A stretch of 64,000 nucleotides of DNA from an uncultured bacterium (GCA_902779865.1 CACZDG010000003.1:3200-67199), one strand, 5' to 3'. Shown: positions 23,594 through 33,929, numbered from the stretch's first letter. A program made the numbers and translations. The notes: generated by a model from the sequence alone, not told the origin.

Positions 23594-25470
23594 AGTTCGC
23601 GATGCCGAAGGACCCGGAGCTGAACGCGAGGGCGCGGATGCGGCTCCTGTGGGACGGCGGGCACGACCCGGCGGCGGCGGCGTACATGCGCGACCGCTGC
23701 GCGGACGACGTGATCTTCTGGGCGAACGCCTTCTGCTGGACCTACGACCCGCGCAAGACGGCGAGGCCGGACCTTCCCTTCGTGACGTACCCCTTCCAGG
23801 ACGAGGCGATCCTGAAGATACTCGACTGCGTGATGTCGCACCGCGACGTGGGCATCGAGAAGAGCCGCGACATGGGCGCGTCGTGGGTGAACCTGCTCGT
23901 GGTGACGTGGCTCTGGCAGTTCTGGAAGAATCGCATGTCCGCGCTTGTCATCAGCCGCAACGAGGACTACGTAGACAAGTCGGGGGACCCGAAGTCGCTC
24001 TTCTGGAAGATCGACTACCTCCAGCTGCACCAGCCGCGCTGGCTGCGTCCGCGCTCGACGGTGCGCACGTCCATGCACTTCGAGAACCGCGACACCGGGA
24101 GCGTGATCGACGGCGAATCGACGACGGGCGAGGTGGGACGCGGCGACCGCCGGACGTTGATACTCATGGACGAGTACGCGGCGTTCGAGGTGTCTGCGGG
24201 CTACAAGGCGAACACCTCGACTCAGCACGCGACCGACAGCCGGATTTTCAACTCGACGCCGAGGGGCGTGGGAAACGCCTTCTACGACCTGATGCACAAC
24301 GGCGAGACCGAGATCGTGCGGATGCACTGGAGTCAGCACCCGGAAAAGTCGCGCGGGCTGTACAAGTCCGAGAACGGGAAGCTCGTTTTGCTCGATTCGT
24401 GGACGGGGACGGTGGAGGTGAAGGCGAAGGGCGAGCGCTCGCGGAGGACGGTGAAGTTCCCCGACGAGTACCCCTTCATCCTCGACGGCAAGCTGCGCTC
24501 GCCATGGTACGACCGCCAGTGCGCCCGCGCCACGTCGCCGCAGGAGATCGCGCAGGAGCTGGACATCGACTACCTCGGCTCCGGCTACCAGTTCTTCGAC
24601 GCGGCGGCGGTGGAGGCGTACGTGAAGGCGTGGTGCCGGGACGCGGAGCTTGTAGGGGACCTTGAGTACGACCTTACGACGGGCGAGCCGCTGCGCTTCC
24701 GCCCGAACCCGAAGGGGCGGCTCTCGCTCTGGCAGCCGCTCGGGCGGGACGGCACCTACGGCGAGGACAGGACTTTCGTCGTGGGCGTTGACGTGTCGGC
24801 GGGAACGGGCGCGTCCAACTCGGCGGCGGCGGTGTACGACGAGGCGACGCGGGAGAAGTGGGCGGAGTTCGCGGACCCCAACATGGAGCCGCGCGACTTC
24901 GCGGTGTACGTCCTCGCGCTCGCGCGGTTCTTCAACGGCGCGACGGTGGTGCCGGACGCGAGCGGCCCGACCGGGAAGCAGTTCCTCAAGCGCTTCACGC
25001 AGGACGGCGACCACCCGCCGCTCTACCGCCGCCTGAAGGACAAGAAGATCTCCGCCGACAGGGTTGACGAGTACGGCGTGTACCTGAACCCGGAGGCGAA
25101 GTCTTCGCTCCTGATCGAGTACCGCGACGCGGTGGGCGACGCGAAGATAGTGAACCGCTCGGCGCGCGCGATGGAGGAGTGCCTCCAGTTCGTGCGCTCC
25201 CCGCGCGGGGACATCGAGCACTCCGCCGCGCTCTCGTCGCAGGACCCGTCCGGCGCGAGGACGGCGCACGGCGACGTGGTGATCGCGGACGCGCTCGCCA
25301 ACCTCAAGCTCGGCGAGGTGGAGCTTCCGTCGGGCGGGCGCCCGCAGGAGGTGCCGCCGAACTCGGTGGCAGGCCGCATGGAGGCGGCGCGGCTCGCGAG
25401 AGCGGCGGCGGACGGCACGACGCTTTCACCCGCGTGGGACGCGGGGTTAGGGAAAGGATGGAAAACATGA
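23590..25470 (+). CDS. terL: terminase large subunit
   Basis: GIEKSRDMGASW (ATPase), LILMDEYA (Walker B). C-terminal nuclease-domain length fits. GTG start after GGAGGAGGG. The upstream 266 codons of ORF 22792 were judged non-coding. Confidence 0.85.
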   Translation: MKFAMPKDPELNARARMRLLWDGGHDPAAAAYMRDRCADDVIFWANAFCWTYDPRKTARPDLPFVTYPFQDEAILKILDCVMSHRDVGIEKSRDMGASWVNLLVVTWLWQFWKNRMSALVISRNEDYVDKSGDPKSLFWKIDYLQLHQPRWLRPRSTVRTSMHFENRDTGSVIDGESTTGEVGRGDRRTLILMDEYAAFEVSAGYKANTSTQHATDSRIFNSTPRGVGNAFYDLMHNGETEIVRMHWSQHPEKSRGLYKSENGKLVLLDSWTGTVEVKAKGERSRRTVKFPDEYPFILDGKLRSPWYDRQCARATSPQEIAQELDIDYLGSGYQFFDAAAVEAYVKAWCRDAELVGDLEYDLTTGEPLRFRPNPKGRLSLWQPLGRDGTYGEDRTFVVGVDVSAGTGASNSAAAVYDEATREKWAEFADPNMEPRDFAVYVLALARFFNGATVVPDASGPTGKQFLKRFTQDGDHPPLYRRLKDKKISADRVDEYGVYLNPEAKSSLLIEYRDAVGDAKIVNRSARAMEECLQFVRSPRGDIEHSAALSSQDPSGARTAHGDVVIADALANLKLGEVELPSGGRPQEVPPNSVAGRMEAARLARAAADGTTLSPAWDAGLGKGWKT

Positions 25471-27026
25471 AAGACAGAATACTGACGGCGATGCTGGTGC
25501 TGGGCGTGTTCGCCCTTATCGGCGCGGGTATGCGCGAGTATCTGATACACAACGGTAGGCTCACGAGCGACCTCAACGCGGACGGCCACTCGATAACCAA
25601 CCTCGCGGACGGCTTCTTCCCGACGAACGGCTTCTACACCAAGGCGGAGACCGACGCGAAGATCGTGGAGCTTGCGCCGCCTCCCGGCAACTACGGCGTC
25701 GTGAGCAACCGTGCGCTGCACGCGCTTTCGCGGGCCGAGGCAGAGGCGGGTTTCACGGAGTGGAGGCCGTATGAGGAAGAAGGCGAGCCTGCCGGGTACA
25801 AGCTCGTCAGCGTGACATACCAGGGCAATAACAGATGGCGCGTGGAGGTTCTGATAGACGGCGATACGGAACCGACTGTTTACACCGACTTCTCTCCAGA
25901 CGGAGAAAACGCCGTGGCGCTAACTTTCAACTCAGAACTCAACTCGCTTGTGCGCACACGGCTTCCAAAGATGAGCGACTTCAACGGCCTCGCGTCCGAG
26001 CTCTACGTGGACAACGCAATCGCAAACCTCGACATCCCGGACCCAGACCTCTCGGAGTACGCGAAGTCGTCCGAACTCTCGGAGTACGCGAAGCTCTACA
26101 CCGTCGCCGCGCTCGCCAACTTCGCGACTAACGCGGACGTGAAGGCAAGCACGGCTATAGCCTACTTGCAGGGCGACGACGCGAAGGTGGTGATAACGAA
26201 CTACGACTCGTCAGTGCAAATGCCGTCGATGAGCTTCCAGCAGCGCGTCGAGGAAGACGGATCCAACATCTGGAGAATCGTGTGGAACGAGCTGACGCGC
26301 TGGAACTGGCTCACGGGCACGTACCTTCCAGCGCACTACTACGGCAAGGGCGAAGTTGACGGGCTCCTCGACGGCAAGGCAGACCGCGCCTGGGGCTTCT
26401 ACGACAGCCACACCGGCGGCTGGGCGCCGGACGGCTACACGTGGATAAGCAGCCCGAAGATCGCCATCGCGGCGGGGCTCGCCTACCAGCGCACGGTCAC
26501 GAGCGGCGGCGCGATATGGGTGCTGGAGTCGAACGGGCTCGTGACCGAGACCGGCGGCACCGTGTCGAACGGCTTCTTCCGCATCAGCGACGACGAGAAC
26601 AACGCGCTGTTCGAGATCGTCAAGGGCAACAAGCGCACCGAGGGCGCGCAAGCCGAACAGCCCGCCATAACGAACGTGATGGGAATCGCGCACATGTACA
26701 TCAGGTACCGCGTCGCGAGCGACGAACACCCGACACTGGAAGTATGCGCCGACCTCTTGAACCCCGACTGGCACAAAGAGGACTCGGAAGACTGCGTGGC
26801 GAACGTTTCGTGGAGCGGAGCCTCAAGCAACTACGTCGCCGAGGTGTGGGCGAAGACGGCGCAGCCGCGCATGTTCGTGAAAGCGACGTACATGACAGGC
26901 GGCGAGACGTACATCAAGAACGCCGCGCCGATTTCCGTACAAGGCGGCATACTCTGCACCGACGGCATCCACAAGGCGAGGCCGGTGTACAACAACGGCA
27001 ACATCACGTGGGAGGTCGTGCGGTGA
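25467..27026 (+). CDS. tail-fibre-like protein with hydrophobic N-terminal anchor
   Basis: MKDRILTAMLVLGVFALIGAG, then the LNADGHSITNLADG motif common in fibre/needle proteins. ATGA-coupled to terL. Confidence 0.65.
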   Translation: MKDRILTAMLVLGVFALIGAGMREYLIHNGRLTSDLNADGHSITNLADGFFPTNGFYTKAETDAKIVELAPPPGNYGVVSNRALHALSRAEAEAGFTEWRPYEEEGEPAGYKLVSVTYQGNNRWRVEVLIDGDTEPTVYTDFSPDGENAVALTFNSELNSLVRTRLPKMSDFNGLASELYVDNAIANLDIPDPDLSEYAKSSELSEYAKLYTVAALANFATNADVKASTAIAYLQGDDAKVVITNYDSSVQMPSMSFQQRVEEDGSNIWRIVWNELTRWNWLTGTYLPAHYYGKGEVDGLLDGKADRAWGFYDSHTGGWAPDGYTWISSPKIAIAAGLAYQRTVTSGGAIWVLESNGLVTETGGTVSNGFFRISDDENNALFEIVKGNKRTEGAQAEQPAITNVMGIAHMYIRYRVASDEHPTLEVCADLLNPDWHKEDSEDCVANVSWSGASSNYVAEVWAKTAQPRMFVKATYMTGGETYIKNAAPISVQGGILCTDGIHKARPVYNNGNITWEVVR

Positions 27027-27667
27027 AGGAGCTGGTCGATCTCTTCCAGGCGTCCGTGATGGCGGTAGGATTGGCCGTGATCGCGCTGTTCGCGATGGGT
27101 TACGCGGCGTATGCGCTGCGCGGCGCGGCGGTGAGGCTCAAGAGGTGGCTCGGCATGTCGGCGATGGCCGCGCTCGTGGCGGTGTGCGCGGTGTGGTACG
27201 GCGGCGGCAAGGGCACGAGGACGGTCGGCTTCCCGCGCACGGACATGAGCGTCGCGTACCTCGTGGACGCCGGTTCCTACGTGACGAACGACATGGTGCA
27301 CGTGGCGTTCACGTCGTACCTGATCCCGCAGGACGCGCAGATATTCCTCGACTACTGGCCGGACGGCTCGACGAACGAGGAGGACATGGTGACGGCCTAC
27401 ACGGCGACGCTCGCGGAGTTCCCGAAGCCGCTCGACCTGCCGTTCGAGAACGCGATCTCGAACCGCTGGTTCTGCTACACCACGTGGACGCCCGGCCCCG
27501 CCGTCTACACGAACGGCGTCTGGCAGTCAACGTGGATGACCGACAGGCGCGAGAACCGCTTCATGATACCCATCAGGACGACAATCGAAGTTGACGGCGA
27601 GACGATAGCGCCGCCGTCGCCAAATCCCAGAAAGAAGGAGGACGAAGAAGATGAAGACGACGAGTAG
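27023..27667 (+). CDS. two-TM membrane protein with acidic C-terminal tail
   Basis: GTGA coupling after GGGAGG. TM helices VMAVGLAVIALFAMGYAAYAL and MAALVAVCAVWYG. Ends in ...KKEDEEDEDDE. Confidence 0.6.
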   Translation: MKELVDLFQASVMAVGLAVIALFAMGYAAYALRGAAVRLKRWLGMSAMAALVAVCAVWYGGGKGTRTVGFPRTDMSVAYLVDAGSYVTNDMVHVAFTSYLIPQDAQIFLDYWPDGSTNEEDMVTAYTATLAEFPKPLDLPFENAISNRWFCYTTWTPGPAVYTNGVWQSTWMTDRRENRFMIPIRTTIEVDGETIAPPSPNPRKKEDEEDEDDE

Positions 27668-28130
27668 GATTGTCGCATGCGCCATCGCGCTTGCGCCCAT
27701 GGCCGCGGTGCCGGACGACACTAACGGAGCGGACGTGGTGGTTGAGACGCTCTTCTCCGACGGATCCACGAACACGTGGACGCGCCCGGAACTCGTCGCC
27801 GCCTTGCAGCTCGTGAACCGCAAGTACCACCGCGACTGCAAGACGCCCAACGGGCGCAGGGCGTGGCACGGCGGCTTGAAGCTCCAGACGGTCGCGACGA
27901 ACGGCACGACGCTCGTCAAGACCGAGACGCACGAGGACGGAAAGACTTTTACGTTCACGGCACCCTACGTCCCTCCGGCGGTGGCGGTGTCGAACGCGAA
28001 CGCTCGGCTCAAGACGACGCTCACGAAGGGCGTCCCCAAGGCGCTTGCGGCGGCGAGGCTGCGCCGCCTTCAGGAGAAAACGACGACGAACACGGTTCCC
28101 GTGGTGGTCACTGCCGGAGGCGACAGATAA
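27651..28130 (+). CDS. secreted protein (signal peptide)
   Basis: MKTTSRIVACAIALAPMAAVP. Confidence 0.6.
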   Translation: MKTTSRIVACAIALAPMAAVPDDTNGADVVVETLFSDGSTNTWTRPELVAALQLVNRKYHRDCKTPNGRRAWHGGLKLQTVATNGTTLVKTETHEDGKTFTFTAPYVPPAVAVSNANARLKTTLTKGVPKALAAARLRRLQEKTTTNTVPVVVTAGGDR

Positions 28131-28409
28131 ATGGATCCACGCGAAAAACTGGAGGAGATGGCGCTTGCGCGGCTCGATTCGCCCGATCCGAGCAACCGCG
28201 ACCTTGCCGACGCGCTGAAGGTCATCATAAACCGTCTCTGGTCGAAGGACGACCTGCGCGATTTCGTGACGAAGGAGCATCAGGAGATGTGCGCGAACTG
28301 CACGAAGTCGAAGCCTGGCCTGTCGGCATGGGACAAGTGGCTGATGGGGCTTGTCGGCACTCTCGTCACGGCGCTCTGCGCGACACTTTACTACTTCACG
28401 AAAGGATGA
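28131..28409 (+). CDS. tail-anchored small membrane protein
   Basis: C-terminal TM WLMGLVGTLVTALCATLYYF. Confidence 0.6.
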   Translation: MDPREKLEEMALARLDSPDPSNRDLADALKVIINRLWSKDDLRDFVTKEHQEMCANCTKSKPGLSAWDKWLMGLVGTLVTALCATLYYFTKG

Positions 28410-28414
28410 AAAGG

Positions 28415-28867
28415 ATGGATGTCAAGACAATACAGGACCTCTACAAGAAGGCCGTCTTAGCCGAGCTCGACGGCGTGGAGTTCATTGCGGAATTCCCGGA
28501 CGAGGAGCTTGCGGACTCGTACAACGGGATCGGACCGGAGTTCCTGCCGCCGACCCTGCGCGAGAAAGTCACACAGCACCTCTCGCTGTTCGCGCCGGCC
28601 GCGCTCATACACGACCTGCGCAACGAATACTCGGACGGAACCCGCCGCTCGTTCAACTACGCGAACTACGAATTTCTGGCGAACTGCCGCAAGCTTGCGG
28701 CGCGGAAGTACGCCTGGTACAACCCGCGCCGGTATATCGCGTACCACGTCGCGAAGCTGCTCTACTGGTTTGTGTGCGGCGACTGCGGCTGGACGGCGTG
28801 GATCCAGGCGATGGAGCGCCACGAAAAGAAGGTTTCCGGCAATTCCGCCGGGGAAACAAAGGAGTAA
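28415..28867 (+). CDS. hypothetical protein (weak DUF1353-like pattern)
   Basis: Start at MDVKTI. ...GIGPEFLP...FAPAALIHD...R...ANYEF resembles the DUF1353 core. Low certainty. Confidence 0.55.
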   Translation: MDVKTIQDLYKKAVLAELDGVEFIAEFPDEELADSYNGIGPEFLPPTLREKVTQHLSLFAPAALIHDLRNEYSDGTRRSFNYANYEFLANCRKLAARKYAWYNPRRYIAYHVAKLLYWFVCGDCGWTAWIQAMERHEKKVSGNSAGETKE

Positions 28868-28869
28868 AA

Positions 28870-29445
28870 ATGAAAAAACTGATGATGATGACGCTGGTCG
28901 CGGGTGCGGCGGCGATGATGACTGGATGCGGAACGCCCGGAAAGGTGCGTGACATCGAGTTGAAAGGCATGTACGTCAACGGCTATTCGGAGCAGCTTGC
29001 GATCGGAACGGGCCGCATCACGTCCATCCCGGGCGAGCGGGAGGCGTTCGCGGCCCACTACCGCGAAGACACCGCCTGGCTCTCCCCCTCGACCAAGACG
29101 CACGAACTCGACCTGTTCATCGTAGGGACGAACTCGACCGGAAGCGCGTCGGATGTCGTGAAGACGATCTGCGAGGCATTCAAGGAGGTCGCGCCGGCTG
29201 TCGCAAAGATCAACGCCGAGGCGCCGAAGGGAATCACCGTCCTTGACGTGATAAAACCGACCGACGCCGCGCTTCTTGCAAAGGCCATAGGCCCGAAGGC
29301 GTACCAGATGTTCATTGACAAGGGCGGCGACACGGCGAAGGCAACGGTCAGCAAGCTGTCGGACGGCTCGACGCAAGTCTCCGACGGCACGACGTGCATC
29401 AGCTGCGACGCCGCCGGGAACTGCACCGACTGCACCGTCAAGTAG
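28870..29445 (+). CDS. lipoprotein with Cys-rich C-terminus
   Basis: MKKLMMMTLVAGAAAMMTGC lipobox. AAAGGAG RBS. ...CISCDAAGNCTDC. Confidence 0.65.
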   Translation: MKKLMMMTLVAGAAAMMTGCGTPGKVRDIELKGMYVNGYSEQLAIGTGRITSIPGEREAFAAHYREDTAWLSPSTKTHELDLFIVGTNSTGSASDVVKTICEAFKEVAPAVAKINAEAPKGITVLDVIKPTDAALLAKAIGPKAYQMFIDKGGDTAKATVSKLSDGSTQVSDGTTCISCDAAGNCTDCTVK

Positions 29446-29509
29446 GACCGGAGGCGGCGGCATGACGACCAACGACGAAAACAGGGAGACCCACGAAAAG
29501 TAAACTGAC

Positions 29510-31243
29510 ATGGACATAACGAAGTTACACGAGTCGATTGAATGGTCGGCGCAGATGCTTGAGAAGCCGCGACAGGAGCGCGTGGCGGCGATTCAGGACT
29601 TCTGCGGCTCGCACTACGTGAAGGACAGCGCGTGTCCGGCCACGCCGGTGAACCTCATCGAGCTCGCCGTCACGATCTACGTGCGGCTGCTCGCGGCGCG
29701 TTCGCCAAAGTGCCTCGTCAAGACGGACGTGCCGTCCCTCCGCCCGTTCGCCGCCGACATGGAGATCGCGCTCAACCAGATACCCGGCGAGATCGGCCTC
29801 TCCGCGACGCTGCGCCGCGCCGTCGTGGAGGCCATCTTCTCGATAGGCATCGTCAAGGTCGGCATCGGCGCGACGAACGAGAACGCGAAGATCGGCGACG
29901 AGCCTTTCGTCTCGATCGTCCAGCTCGACGACTACTTCTGCGACATGTCCGCCCGCTCGTGGGAGGAGGTCCAGTACGAGGGCAACGAGTACTGGATGGA
30001 CACCGAGCAGATACGCGACCTCTACGGCGTCACCCTCGACTCCGACGAGTATTCGGGCGAGTCGCAGGACGGACAGGTTCAGGCGCGCTCCCTCACGGTG
30101 CACGAGCACGGCAGCCCGCTCCACGAGCGCGTTCTGCTGCGCGACGTGTACCTTGTCCGCGAGGGCCGCATGGTCACTTACGCCGTCTCTTCGCAGCGCG
30201 TCCTCCGCGACGAGCCGTGGGACGGGCCGGAGGGTTCCCCGTACATCCGCCTGTGGTTCTCGGACGTGCCTGGCAATCTCATGCCGTTGCCGCCCGTGGC
30301 CGTGTGGAAGGACCTCCACGAGCTTGAGAACACGCTTTTCCGCAAGCTCGCGCGCCAGGCCGTCGCCAAGAAGACCGTCTCCGCGTTCCAGGGCGGCAAC
30401 GACGAGGACATCGCCCGGCTCAAGAAGGCGTCTGACGGCGAGGGCTTCCGCTACAACGGCGCGAAGCCGGAGCAGATCGCGCTCGGCGGCGTGGACGGCG
30501 GCAACCTCGCGTTCGCCTTGCAGGTGCGCGACATCCACTCCGCCCTCGCGGGGAACCTCGACTCGCTCGGCGGCCTTTCCCCGCAGGCCAACACGGCCAC
30601 GCAGGAGAAGCTCATCAGCGAGGCGTCGTCCGTGCGCATACGCGCCATGAGCGACGCGACAGTGGACTTCGCCAAGGCGATATTCAAGCGCCTCGCGTGG
30701 TACATGTGGACCGACCCCGTGCGCGAACGCACAATCGTGAAGAGCGCCTCGGCCTCCGTGCCGTCCCTCTCCGTCACGCGCCAGTGGACGCCCGAGACGC
30801 GCGACGGCGACTTCCTCGACTACAACCTTGATATCGACGTGTTCTCGATGCAGGACGACTCCCCTTCCACGCGCATGGAGAAGTTCCTCAACGTGTACGA
30901 GCGCGTCATTCTTCCGATGCTCCCGCAGCTGGAGGCGCAGGGCGCGTTCATCGACTTCCGCGCCGTCCTCGACTACGTGGCCCGCAACGCGAACCTCTCG
31001 GAGATTTCGGAGTTCGTGGTGTTCGCGGACGCGGCGGCCGACGAACGCCAGCCCGCAGGCGGAAGCCCGCAGCCGGAGTACGTATCGACCAAGGCCCCCG
31101 TCACGCGCCGCACCTACGAGCGCGTGAACCGTCCGGGCGCGACGCGGCAGGGACGCGACGCCGTGATAATGCAGCTTGCGATGGGCGGGAACCCGCAGCC
31201 TGCCGAACTTGCCAGCCTCTCGCCGGGAAGGAGCATGACCTGA
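29510..31243 (+). CDS. portal protein (by size, position and composition)
   Basis: 577 aa. First large gene of the head module, upstream of the scaffold and capsid genes. Confidence 0.6.
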   Translation: MDITKLHESIEWSAQMLEKPRQERVAAIQDFCGSHYVKDSACPATPVNLIELAVTIYVRLLAARSPKCLVKTDVPSLRPFAADMEIALNQIPGEIGLSATLRRAVVEAIFSIGIVKVGIGATNENAKIGDEPFVSIVQLDDYFCDMSARSWEEVQYEGNEYWMDTEQIRDLYGVTLDSDEYSGESQDGQVQARSLTVHEHGSPLHERVLLRDVYLVREGRMVTYAVSSQRVLRDEPWDGPEGSPYIRLWFSDVPGNLMPLPPVAVWKDLHELENTLFRKLARQAVAKKTVSAFQGGNDEDIARLKKASDGEGFRYNGAKPEQIALGGVDGGNLAFALQVRDIHSALAGNLDSLGGLSPQANTATQEKLISEASSVRIRAMSDATVDFAKAIFKRLAWYMWTDPVRERTIVKSASASVPSLSVTRQWTPETRDGDFLDYNLDIDVFSMQDDSPSTRMEKFLNVYERVILPMLPQLEAQGAFIDFRAVLDYVARNANLSEISEFVVFADAAADERQPAGGSPQPEYVSTKAPVTRRTYERVNRPGATRQGRDAVIMQLAMGGNPQPAELASLSPGRSMT

Positions 31244-31575
31244 TGCCGGTTTACTGCTACACCGACGGCAGGGAGACGATATCCCGCTGGTTTCCCGCAA
31301 GCCATCACCCCAAGCGCATACGGCTCAACGGGCGCACCTACGTCCGGGACTTCGCGGCGGAGGCCGTGGGCGTCCCGGCCTCGAAGGGATGGCCGCTTGA
31401 GTGCTACGCATCCGGCGTCGCCCCCGACCAGGCGGGCGAGCTGCGGGACTACCTCGCCAAGAAAGGCGTCCCGACGGAGGTATCCGCCGACGGCAACCCG
31501 ATCTACAGGGACGCCGCGCACCGCCGCAAGGCCCTGAAGGCGCGCGGACTCCACGACAAGGCTTCATTTTTCTAA
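31243..31575 (+). CDS. hypothetical protein
   Basis: ORF track, ATGA-type coupling to the portal gene. Confidence 0.6.
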   Translation: MPVYCYTDGRETISRWFPASHHPKRIRLNGRTYVRDFAAEAVGVPASKGWPLECYASGVAPDQAGELRDYLAKKGVPTEVSADGNPIYRDAAHRRKALKARGLHDKASFF

Positions 31576-31595
31576 CCCCAAACGAGGAAAACCGA

Positions 31596-32333
31596 ATGGA
31601 AGCGAAAAATCCACAGAAAAAAGCAGAAAGTGCTAGCACAGACGGCGCGGAATATGATACAATAGCGGCGCAAGTAACAAAGGCCGTCGAAGAAATGCCA
31701 GCAGATGCAAGCACAGACAAGCCGGAGAAGGCCAAGACGCCTACCGGCGAGGTTGCGGAGACGCAGCCGAAGGAAGAGACGCCGCCCGAGAACAAGGGCG
31801 ACGGCGACGGGGCTTTCACCGTTGGCGACGCGGAGATCGAGAGGGCCGTCAAGGCCGGACTCTCCGTGGCGGACGCGAGGGCGTTCACCGACAAGGGCGT
31901 GTTCGAGCGCGTGTGCGCCGCCCTTGAGGCGAAGAACCAGCCACCGCCCGACGGCGGCGACAAGACGATTTCCAAGGACAACGTGGAAACGCCGAAGGAC
32001 GGCGACGGAGATTCCGCCGACTTCGACATCCCGGAACTAACCGAAGGCGAGGAGTTCGACCCGAAGCTGGTCAAGCTCAGTGCCGCCGTTCGGAAGATGG
32101 GAGACGCGCTGAAGTCGCTCAGGGAGGAGAACAATTCCCTCCGCGAGCGCGTAGGCAAGTCCGAGGAGGCGCAAAACGCCGCGAAGGAGGCCGAAAAGGC
32201 GAAGGCGCTTGAGGAGCGCAAGTCGCTCCGCATCGCCAAGCCAGGAGGCGTCTCCGGCACGCGCAAGGAAAAGACGGAGGAAGACGCGCTGGCCGAGGTG
32301 GCCGGCATCGTGTCCTCCAAGTTCAACATCTAA
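31596..32333 (+). CDS. scaffolding protein (acidic, coiled-coil, low complexity)
   Basis: Start at MEAKNP. Glu/Lys/Ala-rich. Immediately upstream of the capsid gene. Confidence 0.55.
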   Translation: MEAKNPQKKAESASTDGAEYDTIAAQVTKAVEEMPADASTDKPEKAKTPTGEVAETQPKEETPPENKGDGDGAFTVGDAEIERAVKAGLSVADARAFTDKGVFERVCAALEAKNQPPPDGGDKTISKDNVETPKDGDGDSADFDIPELTEGEEFDPKLVKLSAAVRKMGDALKSLREENNSLRERVGKSEEAQNAAKEAEKAKALEERKSLRIAKPGGVSGTRKEKTEEDALAEVAGIVSSKFNI

Positions 32334-32351
32334 CCGAAAGGAAAGCGAAAA

Positions 32352-33413
32352 ATGCTTACCGCAGACGAAATCGTGGACCTCGTGAACCTCACGCAGGTCA
32401 ACCTCATCAAGCGCGGCGCGTTCCTGAACCTCATGACGGACCTGACGGACTACGTTGCCGTCAGGGAACTCTGGAAGAAACACCAGAAGGTGTTCGCCGG
32501 AGGCCTCGACTGGGAGTTCGACGCCGTGACCGACCACAACCACTCCGCTCGTTTCACGAGCCTGTACGACAACGACGGCGCGACGCTCAACGACGCCACC
32601 ACCAAGGGCAAGGTTGGGCCTCGTTTCGTGGACGCCAACTACGTCTTCGACGTGCGCGAGAAGATCTTCCAGCGCCCGGCCATCGAGATCGTCAACTACG
32701 TGCGCACGAAGTACCTCCGTATGCTCACGTCGTTCTACGAGCTCATGGAGCCAGCCCTCTGGGGCAAGCCCGAGGACGCCACCGACAAGAAGACGCCCTA
32801 CGGCGTGGCCTACTGGGTCACGAAGCAGTCCAACGCGGACGCCGCGCTGAACCCGAACGGCGGATTCGACGGCAAGAATCCCACGGGATTCTCCGAGGGC
32901 CGCGCCGGAATCTCGTCCTCCGCGTTCCCGCGCTGGGCCAACTGGGCGTGCCAGTACGCCGCCGTCTCCAAGGAGGACCTCGTGCGCAAGATGCGCCGCG
33001 CCGTCCGCAAGACGCAGTTCCGCTCGCCCATCAGCCACGCGGAGCCGACGCTCGGCAACACCGGCAACGGCATCTACTGCGGCGACAACGTGATCCACGT
33101 GTTCGAGGAAATCCTAGAATCGCAGAACATGAACCTCGGCAACGACCTCGCCAGCAAGGACGGCAAGACGCTCTTCAAGTCGCACCCCATCGTCTACGCG
33201 CCCTACCTCGACGACGACTCGACGGACCCGATCTACATGCTCGACTGGAAGTACCTCGCGCTCGGCGTGATGGAAGGCTGGCAGCAGCACGTCTCGTCCC
33301 CGCAGACCGTTCCCGGCAAGCACAACGTGCGCGCCGTGTTCCTCGACGCGGGCACCAACATGATCTGCACGAACCTGCGCAAGCAGGCCGTGTTCCACAA
33401 GGCCCTGTCCTAA
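32352..33413 (+). CDS. major capsid protein
   Basis: 353 aa, AAAGGAAAG RBS, follows the scaffold gene and is followed by a terminator-like hairpin after the next gene. Confidence 0.65.
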   Translation: MLTADEIVDLVNLTQVNLIKRGAFLNLMTDLTDYVAVRELWKKHQKVFAGGLDWEFDAVTDHNHSARFTSLYDNDGATLNDATTKGKVGPRFVDANYVFDVREKIFQRPAIEIVNYVRTKYLRMLTSFYELMEPALWGKPEDATDKKTPYGVAYWVTKQSNADAALNPNGGFDGKNPTGFSEGRAGISSSAFPRWANWACQYAAVSKEDLVRKMRRAVRKTQFRSPISHAEPTLGNTGNGIYCGDNVIHVFEEILESQNMNLGNDLASKDGKTLFKSHPIVYAPYLDDDSTDPIYMLDWKYLALGVMEGWQQHVSSPQTVPGKHNVRAVFLDAGTNMICTNLRKQAVFHKALS

Positions 33414-33434
33414 TCCAAGAAAGGAAGTGACAAC

Positions 33435-33929
33435 ATGGCAGTTGACAGAAGCGTGAACGCCCCCTACACCCAGGCGGACGCCATCACCAAAGCCGTTTAC
33501 TACGCCGGTTCCGACGCCGTGCTGGAGGGCGAGCCCTTCGTGTACGACGTGATGAACGGCACCCTCACGGCCCCTAACGGACTTCGCCACAACCAGGTGA
33601 AGCGCCCGACGGCGAGCGGCGAGATCTTCGCCGGTGTCGCCACCCGCAGCTACCCCGCAGCCGACCCCGGCAACGGGCGTCTCATCGAGATCGCCCTGCC
33701 TGGCAGCCGCGGCGTGCGCATCCGCATCGCGGCGGCAATCGACGCTGGCGACCGTGCGCAGTTCTGCTACAAGGCGACCGTCGGCAGCAAGCAGTTCAAG
33801 GAGGTCAACACCGCACTCACGGCGGTCAACATCGGCTGCGCGGTCATCCGCCAGACGGTGACTGCCGCCGGTCTCGTGCAGGCCGACCTCTGCGACGGCT
33901 CGTACAACGCGGGTGCCGCAGAAAGCTAA
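33435..33929 (+). CDS. hypothetical head protein (decoration/cement candidate by position)
   Basis: ORF track, AAAGGAAG RBS. Confidence 0.5.
   Translation: MAVDRSVNAPYTQADAITKAVYYAGSDAVLEGEPFVYDVMNGTLTAPNGLRHNQVKRPTASGEIFAGVATRSYPAADPGNGRLIEIALPGSRGVRIRIAAAIDAGDRAQFCYKATVGSKQFKEVNTALTAVNIGCAVIRQTVTAAGLVQADLCDGSYNAGAAES

Noticed and set aside
23005-25269. 754-aa minus-strand ORF, plus similar long antisense ORFs (29525-31300, 36812-39664, 46598-48166, 50114-51529, 53055-54443 on the plus strand, 5135-6691 on the plus strand)
   Set aside because: These are typical high-GC shadow frames. They are extremely Arg/His/Leu/Val-rich and lie antisense to genes with clear motifs or a strong G/C third-position bias.
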